Below are positions 38,572-49,454 of a stretch of DNA of 64,000 nt, piece after piece. Under the pieces are notes generated by a model. That model was not told the DNA's origin and made no database searches. It saw nothing but the letters and a program-made list of their open reading frames with translations. Each line of letters starts with the position of its first letter. Position 1 is the first letter of the stretch. Source of the DNA: Bdellovibrionales bacterium. GTDB taxonomy: Bacteria; Bdellovibrionota; Bdellovibrionia; Bdellovibrionales; JAGQZY01. A program made the translations under genes and the position numbers. Where the stretch lies: NCBI GenBank assembly GCA_965218815.1, contig CBDCLX010000002.1, forward strand, positions 217,074 through 281,073. Direction: 5' to 3'.

Positions 38572-38720
38572 AATTACTCTCCTTGTTGTTTGTTTACTTA
38601 TACTTTCATGAGACCCTTTTTAAGGGTTTCGTGGAGTAAGGTCAAAGGGAATTGAATTTTGGAAGCTATTAGTCTAAAACCCTTTTTATAGAGTACTGAA
38701 TAGTTATATAATGTCAAGAG

Positions 38721-39497
38721 GTGATCGTGAAATTAATGAGTTGGAATGTGAATGGCCTCAGGGCCTGTCAGAAAAAGGGGTTTCTGGACTTTTTTGAACG
38801 GGAAAAACCGGATATTCTCTGTCTTCAGGAAACTAAAGCCCAAAAGGAACAGCTGGATCAGACTCTTATCAACCCCATGTCATACAAAAGCCATTGGACA
38901 TCCTCTGCCACCCGAAAGGGTTATTCAGGGGTGGTGACCTATAGCCATCTTCCTGTTTTCAGGGTGGACCATGGTATTGGCATTAGAAAATTTGATGAAG
39001 AGGGACGTTTTATTATCACTGAAATTGAAGATATTCTTTTATACAATGTTTATTTTCCAAATGGTTCAGCCCGCCAGGAACGGCATCTTTTCAAACAGGA
39101 GTTTTTGAGGAAATTTCTCAGACATTTGATAAAAATTCTTGCTACAGATAGAAAAGTCATTGTGGTGGGGGATTACAATGTGGCTCACAGAGACATTGAT
39201 GTTTATGATCCGGTCAGGCTTTCAGGGGAAAGTGGGTTTTTACCAGAGGAACAGGAGTGGTTCTCTGATTTTCTGGATGCAGGTTTTGTGGACACCTTTC
39301 GTTATTTTCACCCCCATGCAAAAGAGCGTTACAGCTGGTGGTCTTATCGCGAAATGGCCCGTCCGGCCAATCGGGGTTGGAGAATAGATCATATTTGCGT
39401 TTCTGAAAATTTAAAGCCTTGTTTGAAAAATGGAGATATCCGGGATCAACAGGAAGGTTCTGATCACTGTCCGGTGGTGCTGGAGTTTGATTTATAA
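38721..39497 (+). CDS. xth: Exodeoxyribonuclease III
   Basis: SWNVNGLRA, CLQETK, KGYSGV, NVYFPNG, GDYNVAH, GWRIDH, SDHCPV. Confidence 0.95.
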   Translation: MIVKLMSWNVNGLRACQKKGFLDFFEREKPDILCLQETKAQKEQLDQTLINPMSYKSHWTSSATRKGYSGVVTYSHLPVFRVDHGIGIRKFDEEGRFIITEIEDILLYNVYFPNGSARQERHLFKQEFLRKFLRHLIKILATDRKVIVVGDYNVAHRDIDVYDPVRLSGESGFLPEEQEWFSDFLDAGFVDTFRYFHPHAKERYSWWSYREMARPANRGWRIDHICVSENLKPCLKNGDIRDQQEGSDHCPVVLEFDL

Positions 39498-40006
39498 TGT
39501 TTTTTCGCCTTCTCTTTCTTCTCACTTTTGTTCCTCTCGTGGAGATTTATTTCTTGTTGAAAATCAGCAGGGTTATTGGCGGAATGAACACTTTGGCTCT
39601 GATTTTTGTCACTGGTTTTTTGGGGGCCTGGCTTCTGCGTCGCCAGGGTCACAGTATCTTGTTGGATTTGCAAACAAGCCATCGTCATCAGCAATTGCCT
39701 TCTGAAGCCATCACCAAAGGTTTGTTCATTTTTGTTGGGGGATTGCTCCTGCTCACTCCTGGAGTTTTCACTGATGCCATTGGTTTGAGTCTCATTTTTC
39801 CCTTCACTCAGTTTTTGTGGAAAAAGTTTTTCATGGGAGCCTGGCAGAGGGGGCTGGCCCGTGGCCGGATTTGGGTCCACTCCAGTTATGATAATTCCCC
39901 GGGTTCATCCCCCGTTTCCTCCAAACGGGATTCAGGTCGATCCATGGACTCCGTTGTTATTGATGTGGAAGCTCAAAATTCCCAAACCACAGATAAAAAG
40001 GACTAA
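39497..40006 (+). CDS. fxsA: FxsA family membrane protein
   Basis: VPLVEIYFL, GGLLLLTPGVFTDAIG. Confidence 0.88.
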   Translation: MFFRLLFLLTFVPLVEIYFLLKISRVIGGMNTLALIFVTGFLGAWLLRRQGHSILLDLQTSHRHQQLPSEAITKGLFIFVGGLLLLTPGVFTDAIGLSLIFPFTQFLWKKFFMGAWQRGLARGRIWVHSSYDNSPGSSPVSSKRDSGRSMDSVVIDVEAQNSQTTDKKD

Positions 40007-40187
40007 AATTCCTGCGTCGAAGATGTGAAAAGATTTTGAGCTTTTATTGAGTCAAAATTCACATGGATTTATCTTGGATAAATATTCTTTAAAAATCTTA
40101 GGCGAAAGTTTTTAAAAAAGATTCTAAATCGGAATAAATATTAAATTATTTTTCGTTATGTTCTTGAAAGCTCAGATATTATCTGAA

Positions 40188-40448
40188 TCAAAGTCTTTCA
40201 TATAAATCTTTGTAGAGTTCATTATTTTCTATTTCAGGATTTTTTTCTTTTATTTTTTCCAAAATTTTCTTAAGTTCTTCGTTAAAAACACTTATTGCAA
40301 AGTCTTGGGAGTTTTCTCTTCCAAAGCAATTCCATTTTAAAAGCAACAATAACTCCTCTGGATGTTCAAATATATGCGGTAACCTGCCTTTTTCATTATG
40401 CTTCTTTAAGAAGAAAACCAAAGTTTGGTCTTTGAATAACATCTTCAA
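40188..40448 (-). CDS. Hypothetical protein
   Basis: 86-aa ORF with a plausible upstream TATAAT. No family recognised. Confidence 0.4.
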   Translation of the reverse strand: MKMLFKDQTLVFFLKKHNEKGRLPHIFEHPEELLLLLKWNCFGRENSQDFAISVFNEELKKILEKIKEKNPEIENNELYKDLYERL

Positions 40449-40649
40449 TTTTTATACTGATCCGGTTTGAATTTTCATGGAATTTCTCTATGAAAGTCAC
40501 ATGAAAAACAAATGGTCTTCAGTATAATAATCTCTCTAATGAAAAGGCTTGTAACACATTATGCCGATCGTGTCAAGTGCGTACAATTTCAGGACCGACT
40601 GGAAAATTCTAAATCATTATAATCATTAAACTTCATTTTTCAGGGCCTG

Positions 40650-40955
40650 CTAATTACAACAATTCTTGTGAACAATAATTTCAGATATTTTTTCATTTCT
40701 GTCAATTAAGAAAACAATTTGCCAGGCATCTTGTCCTTGTTTCCGGGCGATCTCAATCATATATGTAGGAAACATCTCACTAAAATAGTGTCCGTCAGAG
40801 GGACCAAATAATTCCCTTATTTCATTTGCATGTTTTCCAATAAACTGTTTTTTCTTCTTAAGAAGGGAACAGGCCATCTCTGCCCTTATTGAGTCATTAG
40901 GTGCCTTCTTGAATTTTTCAATACTTAATGGAGCCCCCCGAAACTTTTTCCACAA
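40650..40955 (-). CDS. Hypothetical protein (5' part frameshifted, likely start near 41163); duplicated at 58655-58960
   Basis: 101-aa ORF. The upstream frame begins MSFILLILQGVF. Confidence 0.5.
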   Translation of the reverse strand: MWKKFRGAPLSIEKFKKAPNDSIRAEMACSLLKKKKQFIGKHANEIRELFGPSDGHYFSEMFPTYMIEIARKQGQDAWQIVFLIDRNEKISEIIVHKNCCN

Positions 40956-41144
40956 AATCCCCTGAAAAATCCATAAAGTAGCATTTTAGATCATGGTCCC
41001 CCAAAGCCCTGACAACTTCAAGAGTTCCCGCTATATTACATTCACCCCTTTCCATGGAGGTCACAGTGATATTGGTCAGATTTTTAACTCTATCGTCTAT
41101 GGCTGCTTCCAACTTTCCGTAATCCAGATCAGAATACCCCTTGG

Positions 41145-42039
41145 AGTATAAGAAGAATAAAAGACATTTTTCACAAAATTGAGAGATATTTCATCTTGTT
41201 TTTCTGGTTTTTTCTGGTTTTTTTGTTTTGCGAATTCCATTTTGAGGTCATTTGAGTGAGATTTTGATTGAGAATTTATGACTCCAAGTCTGGTTTGGCC
41301 GGAAAAGTGAATTTTTGAATAAGGGAATCCATGACAGGGAAAATTGATTCCACGTCAGAAGCTCTCATAAAAGAAAACTCATGAAAATTCAAAATCATCC
41401 TCATTCAGGGGAAGCTCTGGGAGAATGGGGCTCCGGGACTTTTGAATCCAACCCCGGATGGGTGAGAATATTTTTAATCACCTTTTTTAGGTGAATTCTT
41501 TCCCAGAGTCTTTAAGGTTTCAGTTGTGGAATCCACAGGTGTCACCGTACCATCAAAATCCCATAGAATGGAAATATTTCTATGCAACACTATTTAAATG
41601 ACTTGGATGATGGGCTTTTTTTCAGAGAATTTCTCTGTGACTTGGCCATAATCACCCCCTTTTTCATCATTTATCAGGATCTTACTTATTTGCTTTAATA
41701 ATGTCCATCCAATTTTTCCCAGGCTGGAACAGATCACATTTTTTCAGTAAAAACTTCAAAGGCTTTAAAAAAACAACCTGCAAACGACTATCAGAAAGCT
41801 CTTTCTGACATAAGGCAACTTGTCGAACAGACCCGTTTGGATTCAGGCTAATGGATTCCCTTATTCAAAAATTCACTTTTCCAGACAAACCAGATTTGGA
41901 GTCATAAATTTTCAATCAAAACCTCACTCAAATGACCACAAAATAGGATTCACAAAATAAAAAGATCAGAAAAAACCCGGAAAACAAGGATGGAATATCT
42001 CTCAATTTCGTGAAAAATGCCCTTTATTCTTCTTATACC
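41145..42039. repeat. About 190-bp imperfect inverted repeat pair (41145-41332 / 41851-42039) inside the direct repeat
   Basis: The reverse complement of arm 1 aligns with arm 2 (atggattcccttattcaaaaattcacttttcc ... ttattcttcttatac). The 520-bp interior holds a HAD-like DFDGT fragment. Confidence 0.8.
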
Positions 42040-43003
42040 CAAAATTTGATTTTATTGTTCTGTTTCTCCATTTGTGATTACCTATATCCACCATCTTAAC
42101 CAAGCCATTATCCTTTATTAGGCGTTCTCCGTATAAATAGTTCATGAGAGGGGGAACAAGTATTTGAGATGACATTGGGTAATGAAAATCTTGGATTGCT
42201 ACAACTAAAGGAGCATCTCCTATTTTTTCCCAATATCTTTTTTTTAATTTCCTGACTAAGGATTTATCTATCCTTATGCATGTGGCATCAGTATTCTGAG
42301 AAAGTTTTTTCCATTCTTCCGAACCAGGATTTAAATTCACATAAGAGGAGTCTGGATTCATGGCAGTGGCTTCAATAGCTACTTTTCCGATGGAATTTTG
42401 ACACAAAAAATCTGTTGCACTTTCTTCCAAAAATGAAAAGTTGGCTTCTGATAACATAGCATATAGATATAATTCCCATATCCTGGAGTGAAAACCATTA
42501 GATTGGAATTGATTAACGAATCCAACATCATTAGTTTGATAATACCTCATCAAGTACGAAATTAACTCCTTAGCTGGGAGGTATGACTTGTCAAATGCTA
42601 ATAACTTGAAATATTTGTCTAACTTTTCTTCTGTAAATTTAAGATGAAAGAAATCTAAACCCTTTTCACCTTTATCTCCTTGAAAGAAATCATCTCGTGG
42701 TTGTCTTGCCCAATAATCTAACTTCTTTTCTATTTCCCTTTCAGCTAAATATTTCTGGGAAAAATTAGTAGATATATCAACACATCTAAATCTTAGACAT
42801 TCATCTTGTCCAAGAACAACAACATTGTATTTTTTATCTGGGTAATCAAAAAAAATCACGCCAAGAACATTTTCTTTTTCATACCATCCCACTTCCTGTC
42901 CTATTTCTTGACTTAAAGGTTCTCTAATATATCCGGCTAGAGCGTCAAACCTTACCTTTTTAATTTGCTTCATAAATGCTCCTTTTCTTTTACTTTTACT
43001 CAC
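42002..43003 (-). CDS. Uncharacterised protein with a putative PD-(D/E)xK-like nuclease core, C-terminally truncated
   Basis: GFVNQFQSNGFHSRIWELYL, ATDF..., VAIEATAMN. AT-rich. It runs into the repeat boundary at 42044. Confidence 0.55.
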   Translation of the reverse strand: MSKSKRKGAFMKQIKKVRFDALAGYIREPLSQEIGQEVGWYEKENVLGVIFFDYPDKKYNVVVLGQDECLRFRCVDISTNFSQKYLAEREIEKKLDYWARQPRDDFFQGDKGEKGLDFFHLKFTEEKLDKYFKLLAFDKSYLPAKELISYLMRYYQTNDVGFVNQFQSNGFHSRIWELYLYAMLSEANFSFLEESATDFLCQNSIGKVAIEATAMNPDSSYVNLNPGSEEWKKLSQNTDATCIRIDKSLVRKLKKRYWEKIGDAPLVVAIQDFHYPMSSQILVPPLMNYLYGERLIKDNGLVKMVDIGNHKWRNRTIKSNFGYKKNKGHFSRN

Positions 43004-43113
43004 TTGATATGATTATAGGGAATTAAAACTTTCATATTTTCCCGATAATTATCCATAATTATACCATTCCTTCTTAGGTAAAAAACTATAAAAATTTTCA
43101 CGCTAATCAAAAA

Positions 43114-43473
43114 TCAGGTTTGATTTTCTGATAAATACTGGTCAAAAATTTCCATCATTTTAAGTTCCATTTGCTCTTTTGAGCCATTGAATTTTGAGAG
43201 TCTTTCCTTGATAAAAGCCTCCCTTTTGTCATTGTGGGAAAGGGAGTTCTCCTGGGCTTTTTTGACAACTTTTTCCAGGAGCTTTTCATCAGCCAAGTGG
43301 AAAAGATTCTCTAAAATGGCTTTGGGTCTTATCTTTTTTCCAAATGACTTTTTATTGGCCTTTTCCACAAGTTTTGAGACTTTTCTCATAAATTCCCTGG
43401 TAAAATAAACCGCCAAAGAGTCTCCTTTTTTAAAAACCTTTTTTAAAGGCTTTTGGGTATTGTTTTGTTCCAT
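43114..43473 (-). CDS. Small protein downstream of relaxase (possible DNA-binding accessory)
   Basis: 119 aa, basic, in an operon with the relaxase. Confidence 0.55.
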   Translation of the reverse strand: MEQNNTQKPLKKVFKKGDSLAVYFTREFMRKVSKLVEKANKKSFGKKIRPKAILENLFHLADEKLLEKVVKKAQENSLSHNDKREAFIKERLSKFNGSKEQMELKMMEIFDQYLSENQT

Positions 43474-43497
43474 ACTATTTACCTCCTCGTTGAATGT

Positions 43498-45387
43498 TTA
43501 AAATTCAAGACTCAAACCACGCTCTCTTTTTATGGCTTTTTCTATAGAGATGGTTTCAATAGAAATATCAAAAGACTTGAGTTTCTTTTTTTGTCGATCA
43601 ATAAAGTCTTTTTGATTGATTTGTTGCTCTTTATTTTTAGACTTAATGAACTCAATACTTTCAATATCCGGTCTTGTTGAAAGAAAAATGTGGAAAGTCC
43701 TTTCATTAAGACCCTTCAAAACCAAAGTTCCTTTGGGCTTTCCGTTTAATTCTTTTTTGCCGTCAACTCTTAGAAGATCGAGAAAATCCGTATAAACTGT
43801 AAGACGATTTTTATTATCACAGGATTCAATCAATGGACTATCCGATCTTCCATAATATTGGGCTTTGTAACCTTTATCTGAGTCCATTGTGTAACAAATG
43901 GCCTCTTTTTTCTTTTCATCCAGATAAAACCAAATACCTCCTTTTTTATCCACCTGGACTCTTTTTTCTTTGAAAAGATCATCAGTTAAATTTTTATTTA
44001 TTCCATAATGTTTGAAAAATTGTTTGACCTTTGATTTTGCAATCTTTGGGTTTTCTTTTTCTATTTTTGGGATATAAAAAGATTTATAGGGTTTTTTGAC
44101 TTCTCCAAAATACTGCTCAAGAAGCAAAAGATTTTTATTATCTGTGATCTTTGAAATAGCTTTTAAAAAGCTCACATCTTCATGGACACTGACAAGATCA
44201 ATAAGGGATCCCGTGGTTTTGTTTTTTGTATTTGTCCATCTGTTGCCACTGATAACAACGTGTTCCCGACCCTTTAAAACATTTTCGCCTTTTTGGTTTG
44301 TTCTGCAAGCTATATTGTGAGTCTTACAGTATTCCAAAATGTCGCTATTTGATGCCTTTCTTATCTGGTCAATAGGTATAATAGAATCCCGAAGCACATG
44401 ATCTGAAGGAAGATAACTCCTATGCCCATAATTGTTAATTCCAGTATAAGATTTTCCAGTTTTTTCTTTAAGTTTTTGCGTATTTCCTCTGAGAATTGAT
44501 CGTGAATTTGAAGCATCCAAAAGATCTCTTCTTCCATCTTGAAAATTGTTGATTCCATCTCTGATTTTCCTCCTTACCTGTGGTTGTTTTTCAAACAATC
44601 CATCATTTGATTTGAACTTTTCAATGAGACCGGGTTTGTCGTAATTGCGACCCAGTTTCTTCCCCCTGATTCCTTTTTCATGGCCTGTATAATAATAGGA
44701 AATAGTCTTTTCAGTGATTCCCACCCGGATAGAAAACTCATTTAAAATACCCACATACCCATCAAAATTTGTGGCATAACTTCTGGCAAAATCAGCTTTT
44801 TTGAAAAGGTCCAGTCTGTAAGAACTCCCACCCCGACGTTGAATCCCCCTGACCTCTCTAGGAAAGTTTTTACTTTTAACTCTGTCAGTTTCTCTGATAA
44901 TGGAAAGCCCATTTTCCCTTGAAATGTCGTTAGAAATAGCTCTGAGATTGTAGAGATGTTTCTTTTTATCAATAATGTCTCTTTTTCCTGTCTTTTCATT
45001 AACCGGATTCACCAGAATATGATTATGGGTCTTGTTTGTATCCGTATGGGTGACCACCATAAATTCATGATTTGGAAAGTAGTGTTTTGCCAGTTCTGTC
45101 CCCATAAAATTGACTTTTTCTGCTGATAAAAGTTTACTTTCCTGGGGAGAAAAACTGTGAATAACCTCAAAGGCCAGGTTAACATTTTGGCCTTGACGAG
45201 AATTATTTTTCCCATAACGGTTTTGAGTGTATTCAAATTGTTGAATAGCATTTCCAGCAATACAATTATGAGAGTTCACCACAAGTTCAGATCCCCTTTC
45301 TTTGAGTAAGTATTTCTCATAATTTTTTGCTGATATTCCCTGATTTTTTGGAATGTCTTTCCTCCATTTAATTTTTATGTACGCCAT
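43498..45387 (-). CDS. MOBP/VirD2-like relaxase with C-terminal extension
   Basis: N-terminal Tyr (YEKYL), FEVIHSFSPQE motif II, VTHTDTNKTHNHILVN HUH motif. The C-terminal region resembles a DUF3991/Toprim-like domain. Confidence 0.88.
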   Translation of the reverse strand: MAYIKIKWRKDIPKNQGISAKNYEKYLLKERGSELVVNSHNCIAGNAIQQFEYTQNRYGKNNSRQGQNVNLAFEVIHSFSPQESKLLSAEKVNFMGTELAKHYFPNHEFMVVTHTDTNKTHNHILVNPVNEKTGKRDIIDKKKHLYNLRAISNDISRENGLSIIRETDRVKSKNFPREVRGIQRRGGSSYRLDLFKKADFARSYATNFDGYVGILNEFSIRVGITEKTISYYYTGHEKGIRGKKLGRNYDKPGLIEKFKSNDGLFEKQPQVRRKIRDGINNFQDGRRDLLDASNSRSILRGNTQKLKEKTGKSYTGINNYGHRSYLPSDHVLRDSIIPIDQIRKASNSDILEYCKTHNIACRTNQKGENVLKGREHVVISGNRWTNTKNKTTGSLIDLVSVHEDVSFLKAISKITDNKNLLLLEQYFGEVKKPYKSFYIPKIEKENPKIAKSKVKQFFKHYGINKNLTDDLFKEKRVQVDKKGGIWFYLDEKKKEAICYTMDSDKGYKAQYYGRSDSPLIESCDNKNRLTVYTDFLDLLRVDGKKELNGKPKGTLVLKGLNERTFHIFLSTRPDIESIEFIKSKNKEQQINQKDFIDRQKKKLKSFDISIETISIEKAIKRERGLSLEF

Positions 45388-45763
45388 AGCCGTAATGAAT
45401 TTGTCTTGTTAAAATTCTAAATTGTTCCAAAACTAGATCCAGAGTGTTACTCCAACCATGTAGTAAACCAGAATTTAGTCGTCTGGCGATTTGATTTAAA
45501 TTATTCCCGATGCGGTTTAAATCTTTTCTCAAAACATCTAAATCATTTTCTTTAACAAGCACTTTTACTGGAGGCTTTCCAAAATAAGAGTTCCTCAAAA
45601 GTGCAGGAATGGACTTTCCAGATTCCTTACTTTCCTTTTTAATTCGTCTGTATTGGAGAGGGGACATTCTCACATTGCATTTTCCTCCAGAATATGATTT
45701 TGATAGTTTGTTTTCCTTCATTTGATTCCTCCATTTTCTTAGTTTTAATTTTGTGTTTTCCAT
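45368..45763 (-). CDS. mobC: MobC relaxosome accessory protein
   Basis: RHH-like CNVRMSPLQY, and the signature LNRIGNNLNQIARRLNSG. It overlaps the relaxase start. Confidence 0.9.
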   Translation of the reverse strand: MENTKLKLRKWRNQMKENKLSKSYSGGKCNVRMSPLQYRRIKKESKESGKSIPALLRNSYFGKPPVKVLVKENDLDVLRKDLNRIGNNLNQIARRLNSGLLHGWSNTLDLVLEQFRILTRQIHYGYGVHKN

Positions 45764-45859
45764 TTTTTGTAAATTGTTTTTTCTGATTTTATTTTCTAAG
45801 TTTGTGGTTTATTTTTTTATATTTTGTTTGTTGTATTTTTTGGTCATTTGGAGTCGTTT

Positions 45860-47171
45860 TCGTGATGCAAGTATGGACATTGGTGCCAATGTCCTTAAAA
45901 AAACTCCTACGGAGCAAGGGACTTTGCCCTTTTTTTGCTTGTTGGGGACAAGTCCACCAAACCCCTTTGGGGCCGCAAAGCGGCCCATAGAGGCTCGTTT
46001 CACTCACCGTTTTTCTCTTCACCTCCATCATAGAACAGCCCCCACGGTCTTAACGACTGTTCCTGTTGTGCTTGCAGTGTTGCTGGCACCACCTATAAAT
46101 TCTGGGGCTGTTTCCTGCCTGTTTTCCATCAACATGGGCCTTAAAAAAGGCATTATTGTTGGCACCGGCTTTAAAAACATCACCATGTGGGCACTTTGGG
46201 GAAGGGCCGCCATGATGACAACCTCCTCCATCTTTTCTTTTCTGATTTCAGGGAATACTTTTTCAAGTATTACCGAACTTTTTAAAAAGAAGAAAAAAAA
46301 GCAGAACAAGAAACATCATTCCGATGTTCTGGCTTCCATAGAATTACCAAGAATGGTTTCCTATATCGGGATTCCCATCCTTGGAGTTTTTGTGATGATT
46401 ATGGGAAAATCCTTTTTTGGTATTGATTACTGGCTCTCAGCCGTTGCTGTTCCCCTTGTTTTTGTTTTTTCAATTATGGCGGTAAAATCCACGGGAGTGA
46501 CAGCCATCACTCCCGGAGGGGTTTTGGGAAAAATGACCCAGGTCACTTACGCTATCCTGGCCCCCGGAAATATGGGAACAAACTTAATCACAGCGGGAAT
46601 CACGTCTGAAACCTGTCTGAGTGCCTCAAATCTTCTCATGGATATTAAACCGGCCTATATGTTGGGAGGAAAACCCAGACACCAGGCTATAGGACACGCC
46701 ATTGGAATTGTTTGTGGGGGATTGGTCGCCGTACCTGTGTTCTATATGATGTTTCAGGGGGATATTTCCCTATTCACCACGGAAAAATTTCCAATGCCTG
46801 GGGCCACTGTCTGGAAAGCCGTTGCCGAGGTTCTCTCAAAGGGTCTTGGTGCCCTTCATCCCACAGCCCAGGTGGCTGTCCTTGTGGGGGGCGTAATAGG
46901 TATTATTTTTGAATTTTTCAATCACAGAACCAGAGGGAAATTCCCTCTTTCCCCTATAGCTTTTGGGATCGCTTTTGTTTTGCCCTTTAATATTTCTTTG
47001 GAGTTTTTTATCGGCTCCTTGATTTTCTGGCTTATGGGAAAAAAACCTGAAGAAAAAAGATCTTTCCGTTTCCAGACAATTTTTGAAAATAAGGAGAGCA
47101 TCGGGGCTGGGATTATTGCCGGTGGTTCCATTGTGGGGATTGCACTGATGATTATGGAAACAGTGTTTTAA
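45860..47171 (+). pseudogene. OPT-family oligopeptide transporter, C-terminal half only
   Basis: TGVTAITPGGVLGKMTQVTY, ASNLLMDIKPAYMLGGKPRHQ, FPMPGATVW, GAGIIAGGSIVG. No N-terminal half or start. Confidence 0.8.
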
Positions 47172-47412
47172 AATAATGAATCCAATAAAAGATTATCATC
47201 GTTATTCTTTTTGTAAAATTGTGTTCTTCAAATACCTGCTTTATGGACATTCTCCAGATGAACTGCCCTTCTAAAACTCCATTGAAGCTGAAAACATGGA
47301 TAACTTCTCATTTCAGATTCAACTGGGAGATGCGGACGATCTTTTGGATGCTCTCATTTTTTTGAGCATTTAAATTTTCCAAAATATAAAAGATTTATTT
47401 AAAATAGCCTCT

Positions 47413-48537
47413 TCATTCTTGTTCACTGGATTTTCTTAAAGTAATAAAAACTTCTTTCAGTTCTTGAGAAACCGCACTACTTGGTTCATTTAAAACAAGT
47501 TTTTGGTATTCATTCAAAAAATCCATTCTAATTCTATAGAATAGATGAAGAAAATGTCTTATGAATCCTATGCAATCAAGAATAACAATCTCAACTCCGG
47601 TTGAGTCATAACTTTTTTTGGCAATTTCATTAACACTTTCATTTATATTTTCAGTTGTTATAAAAATATAATTGTCCATACTTGAAGATCTTTTGATTTT
47701 TTCCAAAGCTATATGGAGGTCATTTTCTGTAACTTCTTTTGTTTTCATCTCATAACAGGTCACTACATTATCATCATCAACCAAAGTTATTTCAACATCT
47801 CCAAAAGCTTTGGTTTGTTTATCTGCGGCATTATGGGGTTTTAAAGATAATACCTTCTGATTTAAATATTTTTCAGCGATCTTATAGGCTGCTGCAATTA
47901 TTAGAACAGAAAGTCGGGACGATTTTTTACAAGCTAAATGTTGAGTTAATAAATTAATTATATCTTCAACACTTAGATGGCTTTCATCTCTGGAAACTTG
48001 AAGGCCAGACATTAAAGTTTTGAGTCTTTCAGTATTCTCGTTCTTTATTGTTATTAAAATTCTAATACAATCTAAGAACATGACTTCGGCCTTGATCTTT
48101 CTTTTTTGGATGGCATCTAATAAAAATAAAATATCTTTATAAACATCTCTTGGTCTTCCAACCAGGTCTGCATTTAATGTCAATGTTTTGTTAATATTCC
48201 TTAAAGCAGGAGTTAAAAAAGCAGTGGTTGAATTACAGGGTAATTGATATTTGTTGATGAAATCAGATAAATATTTTTCATCATAGGTTCTTCCTGAAAA
48301 GGAATCATCTCCTCCGATTTCAGTATATGGTTTTCTAATATCCACTCTCGGTTGATGAATTTTTGCTAAAAGACAAGACATTAGCAATCTAATAGCCGCT
48401 CTATTTGTTGAACACCTTGCCACATAATCTATTTTTTTAAATATGACTAAATCAGAAGTAAATCTATTTCTTAAATTTAATTTGGTCTTTTGGTATGATT
48501 TTTCTAAAATTGAAATACATTTTTGTTCAAGAGTCAC
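47413..48537 (-). CDS. Type II restriction endonuclease (SacI-family-like)
   Basis: SGRTYDEKY, TAFLTPALRN, HNAADKQTKAFGDVE....CYEMK (PD-D/ExK). Its start overlaps the MTase stop. Confidence 0.75.
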   Translation of the reverse strand: MTLEQKCISILEKSYQKTKLNLRNRFTSDLVIFKKIDYVARCSTNRAAIRLLMSCLLAKIHQPRVDIRKPYTEIGGDDSFSGRTYDEKYLSDFINKYQLPCNSTTAFLTPALRNINKTLTLNADLVGRPRDVYKDILFLLDAIQKRKIKAEVMFLDCIRILITIKNENTERLKTLMSGLQVSRDESHLSVEDIINLLTQHLACKKSSRLSVLIIAAAYKIAEKYLNQKVLSLKPHNAADKQTKAFGDVEITLVDDDNVVTCYEMKTKEVTENDLHIALEKIKRSSSMDNYIFITTENINESVNEIAKKSYDSTGVEIVILDCIGFIRHFLHLFYRIRMDFLNEYQKLVLNEPSSAVSQELKEVFITLRKSSEQE

Positions 48538-49454
48538 AATGTCATACCTAATTCTTCAAAATTTCTTTGGACACTTTTGTTTTCAAAGGAAGAATTAATT
48601 TTTATTACTTTTTCAGGGTTATAGTTAGTCCATAGATTTTCTACTCTTATGTCTTTAGTAGAATGAATAATTTTTTTAGGCCCAGTAATTTTAAACCATT
48701 TCTTTTTAGGATAAATAGTTTTCATTAAATCACAGTCGTAATTGCTAATTGCAACCAACCCTTCTACAGAGTTTAAAACTTTGGCCAATTTTTTATGTTC
48801 CGTATCACTCATTTCGTTGGAATAAGATTTTGAGTCTCCTCTAGTTGAATGGATATATGGAGGATCACAATAAAATAAAGTTTTTGGAGAATCATATAGT
48901 TTTATAACTTCAACAGCAGGTCTGTTTTCTATTTGAACTCTTAATAATCTTTCAGCAATCTCTGGGAGAGCAGTTACTCCACCAAACCATCTGGAAATTA
49001 CACCTGACATACCTCTTCTTGATGTATTTTTACAATTTGCCCAACGACCAATAGATGCTGTTTGAGCTAAACCAGTTCTTACTTGTCTTGCACGAACATA
49101 GAATCTTCTTGCTCGTTCAAACGAGGTAAGATTAGAGTCTAATTCACAAGCTTTTGCAAATTCTTCTCTTGAAAATGGTGTCAATCCGATAGCTTCAATT
49201 AATTTTTCTTTGTTATTTCTCAGAACATTAAAAAAATTTACAACTTCTCCATCTAAATCATTATATGTCTCAATCATTGAGGGAGTTCTATTAAGCAATA
49301 CCGCTCCAGAACCAGCAAATGGTTCGCAATAATGATGACATCTAGGTAATAACGGCAAAAGCCAATCTAAATGACTGAATTTCCCTCCATACCAGCCAAA
49401 AGGAATTAGCTTTTTATTTTTTAGAGTGGCAATCGGTGCAGGTTTTTTGCCCAA
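48534..49454 (-). CDS. Dam-family (D12-class) N6-adenine DNA methyltransferase
   Basis: WYGGK, YCEPFAGSGAV, YNDLD, FYCDPPY. Confidence 0.92.
   Translation of the reverse strand: MGKKPAPIATLKNKKLIPFGWYGGKFSHLDWLLPLLPRCHHYCEPFAGSGAVLLNRTPSMIETYNDLDGEVVNFFNVLRNNKEKLIEAIGLTPFSREEFAKACELDSNLTSFERARRFYVRARQVRTGLAQTASIGRWANCKNTSRRGMSGVISRWFGGVTALPEIAERLLRVQIENRPAVEVIKLYDSPKTLFYCDPPYIHSTRGDSKSYSNEMSDTEHKKLAKVLNSVEGLVAISNYDCDLMKTIYPKKKWFKITGPKKIIHSTKDIRVENLWTNYNPEKVIKINSSFENKSVQRNFEELGMTL

Larger units (their letters stand above)
40536..42044. repeat. 1509-bp direct repeat, copy A
   Basis: Matches 58541-60049 at a constant offset of 18005, from ctaatgaaaaggc to tatacccaaaa. Confidence 0.92.

Noticed and set aside
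40918-41112. 64-aa ORF (and its copy at 58923-59117)
   Set aside because: It is an off-frame product of the frameshifted 5' part of the 40650 gene.
40536-42044. 1509-bp repeat as an IS or attL/attR
   Set aside because: It has no transposase, no TSD, and is far too long for an att core. Its contents are host gene fragments.
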